A DNA stretch of 53,547 nt. It comes from Nemertoderma westbladi. Its lineage: Eukaryota > Animalia > Xenacoelomorpha. Shown piece after piece: positions 13,266 to 27,122 of the stretch. The stretch covers positions 1-53,547 of the forward strand of contig JAUCBJ010005497.1 of assembly GCA_032718475.1 (NCBI GenBank), given 5' to 3'. Under the pieces are notes generated by a model, which worked only from the letters and a program-made list of their open reading frames with translations, made no database searches and was not told the origin of the DNA. The stretch's first letter is position 1, and each line of letters begins with the position of its first letter. The translations under genes were made by a program, and so were the position numbers.

Positions 13266-16200
13266 ACAGTAGGCCTACAGCAGTACCGGTACCGGTACTA
13301 AAATACAGAAATGCCTGCGCTTTATACCTACATCTGTACATACAATACAGCAAAATAGTGCTATATATACTAATACCGGTACTGATAGCCTGAGAGAACA
13401 GCAGTAGAGAAACCGGTAGCTTGGAACCTAACATTAGATTTTTGGAGGACATAAAAAATAAAAAAATAAGGACAAAAAAAGGATTTAAACGGACAATAAA
13501 AATTATTGCGTTTATCAAATTTGTGCTACTTGTACAGTATTTGTCACTTTCTACTTGCATTGACACATATCCATAATGCCCTAATCAACAAGGTACGATA
13601 CATACTTCAGTGTCATATTCGTGATCAGCAATTTGTAAGATACATAAAAAGTATACATCCTCCCCGACCGGGAATTGAACCCGGGTCTTGCATGTGACAG
13701 ACGCAGATACTAACCACTATACTATCGAGGAGTGTGAAGGACGAGGGAAGAAATGGCTGAATGGATAGTTAGTTCTGAAAGAGGACAATTACCGAAAGGT
13801 ACCGAAAGTTATGCGAAAGCTATCGAAAAGTAAAAGCGAAAGGGTGAAAGTGATAGGGGGTACATTCACTGATAGCGGGTACATTTCGCACTTTCAGCGT
13901 CCAATATCATTCATAAACAAAAAAGATATGAGCTCAAATTCAAATAATTGCCGTTTCATTTCAAATTAACCTTCGCGAAATATACATTTGCTAATACAGT
14001 ACAGCAGTAACGCAAAGGGTTGTTGGTAATCAAGGGTATCCAGTCACTACGTCATTGTTGTAATCACTATGGTTGGTTGAAAATGTAATAATTACAGTAA
14101 TTTACACTTTATCGCTAACACATAGATGTGTAATATTCCGAACTAGCACTGAAGAGCGATGTTAATTATACAAAGAGGTCATACGGGTATTTATTTTTTA
14201 TGTGTAAAATAATTCCACATAATGGCCCTTTCACTGTTCTCTGTCTCTCCCTTTATTGACATTTCATCCCCACTTGCTCGTTGGAAACCTCCGAGGATTA
14301 TTACGTCACCGTTGATTTATTGGATGTGTGGTGCAGCCTACTTAACGTACAAATGGCCAACTGTGCAGCACGCTGGAGAATCACAACGGAGGAGAGCTGA
14401 TCATTTTCCAACGTAAAACAAATATAGCATTAGGCCTACTGCTTCATAGCCGTAATCAATTCGAATTTCATGTCTGTCAGAATGTAAAATTGGATAAATA
14501 TGTTTTTTATGGCATTTACTGTATGTCCTACGTAATTTTTACAATCTCAACAATTTTGTACAGTAATTGTGCCCGAGTTAGTGTAACTAGCCCGAGTCAA
14601 TCCACGGTGTAAAAATATCTCGAGATCGCACCGATTAATCTTTGTCAGGTTTATAAAAAAAAGTATACAGATACAGCACAACTAGTGTAGATATATATTC
14701 CGTATCCATTGAAATACACGTTCGTGGGGCCTTCGCGCAGCACGGGGCTCAGTTATGAGATACAAATTAAAATTGAGCAATTCTATCACAAAATCGGTAT
14801 TTAAGAAATTAACCAAACCGCAAATAAATCATAAGAGGGAAAGTTGCTCGCTTTCAACCCCCCCTTAATCTGCACCCCAACACAAAGGCACACAGAGGAT
14901 TGTTGACAGGCAGGTATTAATAGAAAATGTGTGTTTTAAAAGTAATATATTTTAGGTGTGGAGGGGACCCAATTTGTAAGACATATTATAACTTAATTAC
15001 CTTATGCCGTTTTAGTATTGATACTGAAATATTAATTTACCATGTCGATGTCTCAACAAAATTATTTAGCTATATTTAATCTAAAGAATCTCCATTAAAT
15101 ACTCAGCCAATCATTTTGCGAGATAAACATTATAAGCAAGCTGTCTTACTCCTGGGGCCTAACACTATTGCATGTCCTACATAATTACACCTTACTGGAA
15201 TAGTGGTGAGGTTGAACTGGTCGGACTGATTCCTAGCCCGACAAAACACACCGGACTTGTTCTAGCACATATCTGACGTTTCAGATAAATCAGTGATTGC
15301 ATTTTGAGATATTTCGCCCTCTAGCGGCAGACTAGAGACTGCAGACGGATGAGCCTACTTGAATGACACAGTTAATGGCCTATTACAAATATGCCAAGTT
15401 TCAGCTAGAACGGGTTTAAAGCAAAGAAAATGTGAGGATACTTAATGTTTAGATATGTAGCCCTCTAGCGAGAGATTGAGGATTTGATGGTGTCTGGAAG
15501 TCCCTAAAAAAACTAAACTTATGGTCTTATTGATGCTTACAGTACTAATTTTCGACTCGACAGCTTTAAATCCGACGAAGTTCTAAGTCAAAATCGTGTA
15601 GCGACTTTGATGACATACAGTACCATTATTGAATGAACTATTTTGCCATAATTCACCTACCACCCTAAGAGATAGCGTCAGTTCGCAAAGGCTCCGCCAA
15701 CTTCGTGGCTCGGACCCCATACACCATGCTATATAAATGTATTCGATCGATATACAATCATATATTTAATCGGCTAGGTGATGTCAAATTATCATTCTGC
15801 AATTTCGTAATTTTACAGTACAGCAGTACCGTACCGGTAGGCCTATGTCATTATACTTCGGAGTCTCTAGCCGATCCCCAATTAAATGTCTTAACTTTTC
15901 AATTTCGTAAAAGATAGACTTTATGATTTTCTACAAGCAACCAAAATTTTCAGCTCTGGAAAATGAGGCGTTCCCGAGAAATTTAACATTTTCTAAAAAC
16001 CACATAATATGTCGTAGCTGACGTCAGACTGCATGATTTTTCACCAAACTTTACAAATTTTTTAAAATTTCCCTCTACTATTTACCTACTAAGTTTGGTT
16101 CAATTCCGAACTAGCGATGCCGAGAAATTCGCGTTCAAACATTTATCAGATAGACGGACGGACAGACGGACATTCCCCATTTGCCCTATATATGAACCGT

Positions 16201-16467
16201 ATGCCAAGGCTCGCTGACTACGTGTCTCGCCCCACATATTAAGGTGTTAAAATCATGTATTATATGAGAAATAAGCGTTTTCCCGAGCCGAGTGTTCTGG
16301 TTCACGCCTCCTACCCCATGCAGGAGGCTTGGATCAGATGGGTTAGGAGGGTTGAACCACCCATAGAAGCAGTTACTGTATCAAAGGAAAATATGTCAAT
16401 GAAAATCAGTGTTCAGTGTTTGTCTGACAGTGAAATTTCACTTTTGTCAAATATAAACTTTTCTAAC
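13266..16467 (+). repeat. Segmental duplication copy B of the tRNA-Asp-containing unit
   Basis: Matches 7794-13185; ends at ...TTTTCTAAC where the TG of element 1 begins. Confidence 0.95.
13660..13731 (-). tRNA. tRNA-Asp (GTC)
   Basis: Identical to 8188-8259; T5 terminator downstream. Confidence 0.93.
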
Positions 16468-17623
16468 TGTAAAAGCTTTTGCGGACATAACAAGTCATTT
16501 TTCCCACAATGCGCAGTGTAGGTGCTTTTGCGGACATAACAAGTCATTTTTGCCGCAATGCGCATAATACTCTAAAAGATTGGAGCTCAGATGACGAAAT
16601 CTGTCAGCTGATTTCCTGTAGATGTGGAACCTCTTTGTTCTGCCTATTCAGCCAATCAGAGCGATTTTCAGTTTATGTTGGACAGGGGCCTATGGAAACC
16701 CGCAATGCATTGCGGTCTTTGTTTACCTTTCTGAGCCAGATAACCGGCTTGGAATTATTCTGTACTTCTGTTGTGGAAGTTTCAGACTTTGGCCTAAACA
16801 TCAGAAACATCAGATGGCTTTGATTACAAGAACTTAAAACTATTAACGCATCACACCGCAATTCAACATTGCTGCACATGGAACACTGCATAAGTAACAC
16901 ATACTGACTGTTCACCGCATTATTTGCTTCTGTTATTAATTGGTGTTATGTTAATTGTATATTGCTGATATATTTGGAGAATACCGATGAATAATCATAA
17001 AACCCCCAATCTTCTTGATTACTGAAGGTGAGAGGAACAGGTTTACCGGTAGCAACTGCGACTTACATTATAGTGGTTTTTGTGTGAATTAAATGCTATT
17101 TCATAATCCCTACATGTGTCAGTTGCGATCCTCCTTATATATGATCAAATTCAGTGACGGTCGGCAGATCAGTGCGAAGTAGTGTGAAGTAGTGTGAAGT
17201 CGTGTGAAGTCGTGTGAAGTAGTGTGAAGGTTAATAAAGCATCTCCTAAAGAATGCGCTTTTTACGAAACTCTTTGGCCATCTAGTTGTGATTAGTATAA
17301 GTCATAACTCTGTTTTTATACTTAAAGCGCCACGTCCTAAAGGAACTGTTAATATTTCCCTGAAAGTAAATATATTGTCAGAGATTACATAGTAACGATC
17401 AATCGAATAATACAGTAGGTCTACACCGCAATCACTATCAAAGCATCCGAATCCAGTCTCCCTTAACTGTGGGTGAATGATCGCGCACAGACTGGCTTCG
17501 GCTGATGTAACTTCAGTACATTAAATAATCGATATAGGCTAAAGTCGATTTACAAACTAGAGGACAACTAAAATTGGCAGGTTAAACTGCTAAAGGTCTA
17601 AAAGCGCAAACATTAATAGTTTT
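16468..17623 (+). repeat. 5' LTR of element 1 (minimum extent alignable with the 3' LTR)
   Basis: Shared blocks with 33182-34458, e.g. CCAATCAGAGCGATTTT, AGCGCCACGTCCTAAAGGAACTGTTAATATTTCCC, GGCAGGTTAAACTGCTAAAGGTCT; true CA end and PBS not identified. Confidence 0.8.
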
Positions 17624-19165
17624 AAACTCTTGATTGCACAGTAGGCAATAAATATTTTGTCTATTGTTCTGGTAGGAACAATAATAGATTTATGTTATGT
17701 TTCTTTATTGCACCGTAGGCAATAAAGTCGAATGTACCGGTTGGACGGTGAACTGTAGGCCTAACTACCTAACCACCCGAACCGGTACTTACAGGTACCA
17801 GTATTATTTCGATTGTGAAATATTGTATATTGTAGGCTGTTAGGGGATTAGGGATTGATCACCCCTTATTCCTTTGTATGGTTTACTTATTTCTGTCAGT
17901 TTTATTTATCTGTAAGTGTAATATTGAGCAGAAGGCGTGTAAGCCTGCTCAGATTGTATAAATAATTTGTAGGCCGGATTGTTGTCTGACTGTTGTTATG
18001 TCTGAAGCGATTGCAGTGTGTGTAGAGTGTCTGTCCGATAAAGTGCTAGTTAGCGTACTACTCGGTTAGAATGCCTACTAACTAACCATTTCGGAGTCAG
18101 CATATACTGTAGTTTATTTAGGCTTGCCAGTAGTCTGCCAGCATTTGGTCTGTATTTTGTTTGTATAGTCTGCACGGGTAGCGTAATATTTATTATTCAG
18201 AGTCTATGCAAGTATTCGCAACCTACAACCACCCAAGTTTATTCCTACAGTAATTGTGCTTGTTATACATACCATTATAGTTAAATTAACCCCGGTACTA
18301 CATCAGGGCTGCTTGGCGTAGGTAAAGACTTGTGATTTTGTGCTCCGGTCACTCCAGCAGATACCGTGGTTCTTTTGGCTGTTCAAGTATATTTAACTGC
18401 TGGTTATTTGTTGTATAAGTACTTGTACCTAATTTAGGGTTAAGCGTACAGTGCTTTCCGAAAGTAATTTGGTGTGTAGGCAGTATATTTGTGTTGTAAA
18501 GTGGTTAATAGGCACGTTAGATCTGGTTGGCTGCGGTAATTAACTTCTAGGTAAGGACACTCCGGGTACATAATGTAGTACTTATAGAGCTAAGACTATA
18601 AGTCGTCAGATGGTGGTATTTTCTTATCTGGACAATGCAATTTACTTACTACTGCTTTATTGTTTTCAAATACTGTAGTTCCCTGTCAGTTTGTAAGAAC
18701 CAGAAATTCTAACTCCTTGTTAGACTGGTTTGTAGATTTGTTGTAAAATTACCCTAAAAATTTGTACGTGTAACTTTTTAGTGTTTATTTAGAGATTGTA
18801 ATCTCAATCTGTAATTGTAAGTAATTTGTAGTGATAAGTAACTTAGTAGAGTGGAGTTGTCTGTATTGGTGATTAACGTGTTAATTGTTGGTCACTATAC
18901 AGATAATTCTGCATTGCTGGGCGTGCGGCTTTGTGTAGTGACTCCTTACCCAGAAATAATAACATTTATTTCAAACATTGTCAAAAACCCATTGTACGGG
19001 TATATATATATTATAAATCAACTCAAACAGATTTATAAAATAGTAGGCCTGTTATACATCCATTAGGTCTTAATATCAGTTGAACTACTGCTTAATAACA
19101 GTAATAAAGTAAAAGGGAAGTAACCCCAAAATTCAGAAATTCAGTTATTATAAAATAATTGACAT

Positions 19166-19415
19166 TACCGGTATTTATGGTAGGCTTATTATATTTATTT
19201 ATATAAATTTAGGCTGAAATTAAATACCGGTATTCTGAGACTAATCCTAGTCTATAATAATACTTATATATACTATAGGTGTATACCGGTATTTACGGTA
19301 GGCTTATTATATTTATTTATATAAATTTAGGCTGAAATTATATACCGGTATTCTGTGACTAATCCTAGTCTGTAATAATACTTATATATATATACTATAA
19401 GTGTATACCGGTATT
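19166..19415 (+). repeat. About 118-bp tandem duplication in the 5' leader of element 1
   Basis: TACCGGTATTTA.GGTAGGCTTATTATATTTATTTATATAAATTTAGGCTGAAATTA... occurs twice. Confidence 0.85.
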
Positions 19416-19552
19416 TTAATATATTATATATATATCACGTTACACTGAGTAACGGTATCGGTAATTAATTACTAGGCTTACAGTTGATACTGAATTACTA
19501 GACTTGCTTTAACTGTCATTATAGTAGTAGGCATTTAACTGCAATATAAATC

Positions 19553-22500
19553 ATGGCTGACACAAAGCAAACACTGTCAGATAGTCTCCTAGAAAGAACA
19601 GTCTGTGACTCAGATAAGAGTATAGAACATCTGAGACAGAAGTCCAAGTCCCCTACATCGTCCCTCATCCCTACAGTAGTAGTATCAGACCCTAGGCTAG
19701 TAAAGCACCATAGATTTATCATAGGCACTAGGGCTCAAGTCAAGTGGGACCAAGAGGCAGCTGTTAAACAGCAGCAGCACCCGAACCAGGAACTTATTTC
19801 TCATCGGCCCGATAACTCCAGTAGTTCAGATACTGTAGAGTTGACACCCGAGATCGGAGCAAGGATGACAGAAGCAGTTTATCCAGATCCACTTCTAATT
19901 CTTCCTGGAGCCGTACTCACTAGAGTATTGATCACTGTGGAAGAACATCAAATCGATTGGGCAAGAAGTAAGCGATCGACCAGGGACAGTTATGCGGGAT
20001 ACACGATGGAGGAACTGAAGTCTATTGTCGAGACGCAATGGAACTTCCCCGGACCTGGACTCCCGTTTAACTTATCGGAAGCTGCCTGGGAGGACTTATA
20101 CAGGATGGGAGTAGTAAGGGACACTCGAGATCCAGCTGTGTGGAAGAGGTCGGCAGCAGGATATGTCCAGGGATTCTTCAGCTCTTTGGAGCGCTTAGAG
20201 GAACACCTGTTTCAACAACGTCAAGGACCTCAAGAGCAGGGAGAGCTGCTTTATCAAGTGCGAGAACGAATTTTACGGATCAGACTAATCCTTTCGGCCT
20301 TTGAAGAAGCTTCGAAGAGAAGCCAAGACACGTCGTTGCAAGTGGCTGCAAAAACTTGGTTCCAACGGGTGAGTCTTAAAGTCCAGGGAATGACACAATG
20401 GAAAGCTCAACTAACAGAGCGCATGACCCACGGATAATCAACAGACGCTACCTTTTCTCAGGTGGAAAGCGAAGCTATATCCGAAAAACCTCAGAAGAAG
20501 GATGCTATTGACATCTATATGTCGGACTATCAACGATTTATAGGTGACAAAGAGTTAAGGAGACGGCTAGCTGGACTTCACCCTAATAGTGAGGGAGCCA
20601 AATTTGTGTTAGACTCGTAAGATGCGGTAATATTAGCCGTGGAGCAGGCTAAATTTGATGAAAGCATCCTCATGGCAATGGATCAAGAAGAACAGTTAAA
20701 GAAACGGCAAATAGAAGACCGAAGGTCAGCAGCAGCGGCAGAATCTGAGAGGAAGGCATCAGCTGCAGAGGTTGAAAGAAAGGCGACAGCAGCAGCAGCA
20801 GCGGCAGAATCTGAGAGGAAGGCGTTAGCTGCAGAGGCTGAAAGAAAAGCGGCAGCAGCAGCGGCAGAATCTGAGAGGAAGGCGTTAGCTGCAGAGGCTG
20901 AAAGAAAGGCGGCAGTGGCAGAAGCAGAATTGAAGGCTTCTGAAACGACTACCCAACTAGAACTGGAGAACCTTCAGGCGAAACAAGATTACTTGAAGAA
21001 ACAGAGAACAGCTACTCAGATGCAGCTGCTAAGTCGATCTACTCCCAGGAATCAGGGATTTACATCCTCTGATGAAGGCGATACAACAGATCCTGAAGGT
21101 AGAGGACATAAATCTCGTTCAAGCGGACGTAGAAGAGGGCCACACCGGCAGAAATTGCCTAATTTGCCTCCAGCTGTGAGAAGGCAACTAGCTAGTGTAG
21201 ATTTAAGTAATCCTGAGCCTACAGACCAAATTATTAGAGTAGAAAGACTCCCTACTATAGTAGATGAGCCTGAAATAATTAGGCCTGTTCTTGAAGCCAC
21301 TCCCTCTGTAATAGAAAATCTAAATCGCCTGCTCGGTCAGCTAGAAGAACAACAAAAACGTTCTTCCCAGCAGGTCCGAGAGTTGGAAGGGACTGTTCAG
21401 CAATTAAAGGGAACAGTAAGAGAGAGTAGGTTAGAGTTGCAAGAAGTGCAGCAGAGTATCGCTTTAGAACGCGATAAATTAGTAAATATACAAATGGGTA
21501 TACCACCACCCCCTGTAACAATGTGTCAACCTGTTAGGTCTGAAGTATTTCATGCGCAAGGTGTGGAGCCTACACGCATCTATACTGCTAGTGAAGTAGA
21601 AACTCCTATAGTAAACCCTATTAAGGGTAATTATAAACCTGTTGATAATGATATTCCATATAGACCTGATCATAATCCGAGAAATTTATATACCGATAAC
21701 TCGATACTAAATAATACGATGGCCCAAGAAAGTTTTACGCGTCAAATGGCTAGAACCGAAGCCCGTCAAGCGGTAAAGGTGGGAGAGATCATCAAGTTCA
21801 ATGGAGATGAGATGAAATGGTTACCTTTTAATGAATATTATAAAGATAACATACAGAACTCTGTACTATCTAACGGAGAGAAACTTAGATTCCTCATCGA
21901 GTGCTTGGAAGGACCTCCCAAGTTAATGGCGTTAAAGTTTATTGGACATCCAGATGGATTGAGACAAGTTTGGGATACACTAAACATCAGGTATGGTAAT
22001 AGGACTAACATAGCTAGGTATTTGTATGTGAAATCAGTAGCGCCCCGGAAGTTACTTAGTAGCGGGATTATCGAGTTCTCCGATGAGATCCAGGAGATCT
22101 GTAGACAGCTAGATTGGTTAGGTAAGTCTCAGGAATATCAGAGTTCCATGGTTGTTGGAGCTGCAGCATCTACTTTGCCAAAGGGTGGAGTAGGCACTCG
22201 TTGGGACAAAAAGGTTCTTTATATGATGGACCAGCAACAAAGGGACCCTACCATGGCTGATCTCATGTCATTCTTAAATGGAGAGGTAAGATTACAGTTC
22301 CTAAAGCAGTCCCGAGAGAAGACACTGGAAAACAATGTGAGTGAAAAACCCATTTCTAGGAGAAAGGTAACACCAGTGTGTTATACAGACGACGGCGAAA
22401 GCCAGACCTCCCACGAGGAGAACAGCGGGAAAGACACCGAAAGATCTTACTATGTCAACAAAATACGGAAAGACGTAAGTAAATCTAAGTCTCGAACCAG

Positions 22501-25500
22501 TGACAGTAGAGAACAGGTAACAACAACTCCTACGTCTCCTAAGAGAATTCATGGAAGAAAGCCCGAAGAAAGAACAAGTGTGCACAACACCACACAGGTT
22601 AAAGTAAGTAACATCAAACCCAAATGTGCATTGTGCGACGGGCCCCATCGCTTGAGTGGATGTGATGAATTCTTGAAGAAATCCCTAAAGGATAGACGTG
22701 ATGTCATGTGGGATAAGCGGTTGTGTTATAATGTTCTCAGACAAGGACACCAATGGCGGACCTGTTACTCAGACGCGTGGTGTGCTAAGTGCGGCGCGAA
22801 ATATCATATCTTGCTGCACACAGAATTTGACAGAACACGCACGAGTCAGGTGAGTGAGCCTGAACTACATGTCCAATTCAGTGATGTGAACAACACTGAC
22901 CACAGCTCTGAGATGGAAGGATTCTATACGGACGAATTCTCCGACGAAAACGAATCCTGTTATATGATAAACACCGCAGTGTATCGAGCACTTACGTATG
23001 AGACTGAAACAAGCGAAGAAGATCCTCGACTGACTATTCCGGACCGGCAACCATCTTGGAAAGCGCCGACTTCCAACGTCAGAATCCGGGAATTCCCTGA
23101 CCGCAACCATTACAAATGTACGCGGGAAGAACAAGAGTAGGTTGGTACTTCACTGGACCTTCCCGTAGAACACTAATGGAAAGACTCCCTCAGGAGAGGA
23201 TACATCAGGTGAGTGAATGGGAAGAGGAAATCAGTGAGGGAGAAACCACAACTGAGGGAACACCATACTCCTCAGATAATGACGATATTACTCAATTATA
23301 CGATGAGGAAAACACAATCGACCTCCTCACCGAAAATGAAACTTGGATAAACCAAGTAAACCTGTGCCATCTCATCAATCATGGCGGACAATTCACCTAC
23401 AATGACGAATTAAACGAAGTGATTGATCGATATAATAATAAAATTCGCGATGAACACGCCGTACGATTCTTTACTCAAGAAGCCGTAGAGCCTAATTCCT
23501 ACGACAAGGCCTTATCCATCGAGGAAGAGAGAGCCAAGCAGATTCAGGAAACGCCTACCTGTTTTCTGAAAGATGAAGGTCGCTATGAGATTGGTCTTCC
23601 GTTCCGACGGCGAGAGCCCAACTTTATAAATAACCGACCTTTAGCGGAAAAGAGAATCGCGCAACTACATCGGCGTCTTACGGCCAATGTTTCAGCTAGG
23701 GAAATGTACAAAACCCAGCTGAAGAAATTCATCGATAAGGGATATACGGAGCGAGTACCGGAAGAAACACCCATAACTGAGAGAACGTATTATCTAACAC
23801 ATCATTACGTTCCCAAACCCGGTAAACCCAACAAAGTCCGGGTAGTGTTTGACGGCTCCGCCCTTTACATGGGCCAATCCCTGAACTCCGAATTGTTGCC
23901 GGGACCCAACATACTCCAATCCTTGTTGGGAATACTATTAAGATTACGGCAATATTCTATCGCTTTCGCTTCGGATATAAAAGGCATGTTCTTACAATTC
24001 AAGGCGCTGGATAGGGATTGAGACAGCCTACGATTTCTGTGGTAGCCTGAAGGAGACCTCAACCTAAAACCGGTGGAGTACTGGATGACCATCCAGGCTT
24101 TCGGGATCATCTCGAGCCCCTCGAACGCTTGTTCAGTAGTGCGTACCACTGCTGATGACAACCGAGACGCCTTCTCTAAAGCGGTTATCGACAACATCAA
24201 ACGGGATATATACATGGACAACAATTTAAAGTCCCTCCCATCAGTGGAAGAAGCCATTGATGTTGCCAAGGGAACGGTAGAGTGCTTGCAACGCGGTGGA
24301 TTTCGACTAACAAAATTCACTAGTAACTCCCGTGAGTTTCTGGAATCGATCCCGGTAGAAGAGCGAGGTATTAAAGATCTGGACCTCATCAAGGATGATC
24401 TTCTGGAAACCAAGACGCTTGGTTTAAAATGGGACACGGAGAGAGATATCTTGTTTTTCCAGTTAAAACAGCGAGATAATCCAGTTAGAACTAAACCGAT
24501 TTGTCTAAGTATCCTGAGCACTTATTTCGATCCATTGGGATTTATTAGTCCAGTTATATTGGTTGCTCGGAGCCTAGTGCAACAAATGTGGCTTGAAAAC
24601 CACTCGTGGGATGATCCACTTAAGGGAGAACTACTAAAGAAGTGGATGAAATGGGAAGATTCTCTACCGTCCATCGAGAACTTTACGATTTCCCGTTCAT
24701 ATTTTGGTCACGTTCTCCCCACGTATTCCTATCAACTCCATGTGTTTGGAGACGCCAGCGATATGGGAATAGGTATAGTAGCCTACCTGAGGGTTGAAAC
24801 TCCAGATGGAATTAAAGTTGCCTTGGTCACCTCTAAGGCCTTGATAAACAACAAACTACGAGTTCCTCGAGCGGAGTTAAAGGCGGCTCTATACGCTACA
24901 GCCATCGGCCGGAATGTAACAGAACAGATCGACTATCCACTGGAGAAAACTGTCTATTGGACTGATGCTTTACTCGTTTTGGAGTATATAACCAATGAAG
25001 TCTGTCAGTTCAGCGTCTTCGTTACCAACAGAGTAGCCATTATACTTAGTCGCTCTAATGTAGATCAATGGAGACATTGCCCTGGGACGATTAATCCAGC
25101 CGACATCGCCTCTGGAGGAGCAACCCCGCAAGAACTGATAGATACTCCAGACTGGTTAGGTGGACCCGACTTCCTAAGTAAAGAAGAGGATGAATGGCCT
25201 CCCCATCTCACCATGGCTGAGATTAGACAAGCCAAGGGAGCGGAGAAAGTCAAACCTAAAACCCGGACGAGTAAATCAAAGTTATTTAAACCCGTGATAG
25301 ATCTATCTGTACTACACATTTCCAGGGACGACGCTGTGGATCTAAACTCCCCCACCACGAACAGATCTGTTATAGACATCAGAGAAAGAGACTGGAAATC
25401 TGGAACACCAGATGTCTCGCAAGGACTCTCACCTCTCCTGCAGAGAGCAATAAATCACTATAGCTCCTGGAATCGGCTTTGTAAGGCCGTCGTGTATTTG

Positions 25501-27122
25501 AAGCGATGCTTCCATCATCACTATTCCAGGACGAAGATCGCTAGTGATACCGCTCCACTGACATCCGAGCAGGTCCATGCTATTAAAGATCTTCCCACAT
25601 ACAAACTGTCGGATAGGTTTCTGACAGAGAAGATCAGTTACCAAGAGCATGAAGCAGCCAATAAGCAGATACTGAGACTCCTGCAATGCTATGAAGATTC
25701 CGATAAGTATTTCCTGTTGTTGAGAAATCCACAGATGCGCTTAAGGGATCGTTTCTCTAGCACAATGATAGATGGGTTAAGATAGGAGGGTTAAGATAGA
25801 AGGGATGATAGATAGGAGGGAGATTAACTAATGCTCCATTGTCCTTTGACACTAAATTTCCCATACTCATTAGAAATCTTGAAATACAAGTCAAGATGAT
25901 TGTAGATGTTCACAGTAGGCTTTACCATGCTGGTAGAGAACGAGTTCTTAGCGAAATTCGAACTCGCTATTATTTCCATAAACCCCGTAGAGCTCTGAAC
26001 CAAGTTCTTAGGAACTGTATACCCTGTAGGAAAGCATTCAGTAGGCCTTTAACACAGCGAGAGGCAGAATTACCTTGGGAATGAGTAAGCTTCTATGAAC
26101 CACCCTTTACTAATACTGGTGTGGATTTATTTGGCCCTATTGAAGTATATCGTGCTAGGACTATAGTCAAGCGATGGTGTGTCATCTTTGTCTGTATGAC
26201 TTGTAGAGCGATCCATCTAGATATGGTGAACGATCTATCTACCAACAGCTTCATACTGAGTTTATGCCGGCAGATCGCTCGCTTTGGAACTAGCAACACG
26301 ATGAGATCTGATAAGGGAACGAACTTCATTGGCGCCAATAATGAGATCAAAGCTTACGTTAAAGATTGGAACCAAAGACAGGTGGACGATCAGCTAAGGG
26401 TAACAGCATCTAGCTGGACCTTGAACGCCGCCGACACCCCTTGGTGGGGAGGAAGTTGGGAGAGATTAATAAGGAGCGTGAAGACAGCATTTCACTTTAT
26501 AGTGCCTTGCCGCGCGTATCTCACTGACGAACTTTTGCGGACGTTAATGGAAGAAATCGCCGCCTATCTTAACGAGAGACCGCTTATGCCAGTCTCATCG
26601 AGTCCCGACTCCCTAGAAGCGCTAACACCCGCGCATTTCCTACTGAAGAAACCTGTAGCCATGCTCCCACAATCGGAAATCAATGACGGAGACGAATACT
26701 GCCAACAAACTTGGCAACTCATACAGTTATTATCCCGTCGTTTCGCTGACCATTTCGAAAAACATTATTTGCCTACGCTACAACTTCGAACCAAGTGGTT
26801 TGCGCAGCAAGAAAACGTCAGCGCTGGAGACATGGTCCTTATTGTGGAATCAGATCTTCCACGTAAGCGGTGGCAGACAGGTCGTATCATCGAGACTCAT
26901 ATATCCGATGATGGTTTAGTGCTATCGGTAGAACTCGTCGTCATGCGACGTAACTTTAAGAAACCTGGAATTGTATTTGAAACACAACAACTCAATCACC
27001 CAGTTGGTCGTTTATGTTTACTGGAAAGAGACAGAGAACTATCCGGAAACTATGGAAGGCAAGATACTCTTCCCACGACCACCTCCCTAATCCAACAAAC
27101 ATCTAGGGACTCCCCAACGTAA
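19553..27122 (+). pseudogene. Disrupted BEL/Pao gag-pol of element 1
   Basis: Gag IIKFNGDEMKW..F, knuckles CALCDGPH.LSGC and CAKCGAKYHILLH, KVRVVFDGSA, SDIKGMFLQ, RT YMDN (YMDD mutated), RNase H LHVFGDAS, IN HAG..CIPC, GVDLFGP, SDKGTNF, WERLIRSVK. In-frame stops at 20435, 20618, 23098, 24019, 24043 and 26082; protease deleted with a frameshift near 23000-23100; second frameshift near 25790-25830. Confidence 0.93.

Noticed and set aside
17575-17600. TGGCAGGTTAAACTGC as a primer-binding site
   Set aside because: Not complementary to a recognisable tRNA 3' end, including the local tRNA-Asp, and also present in the 3' LTR copy
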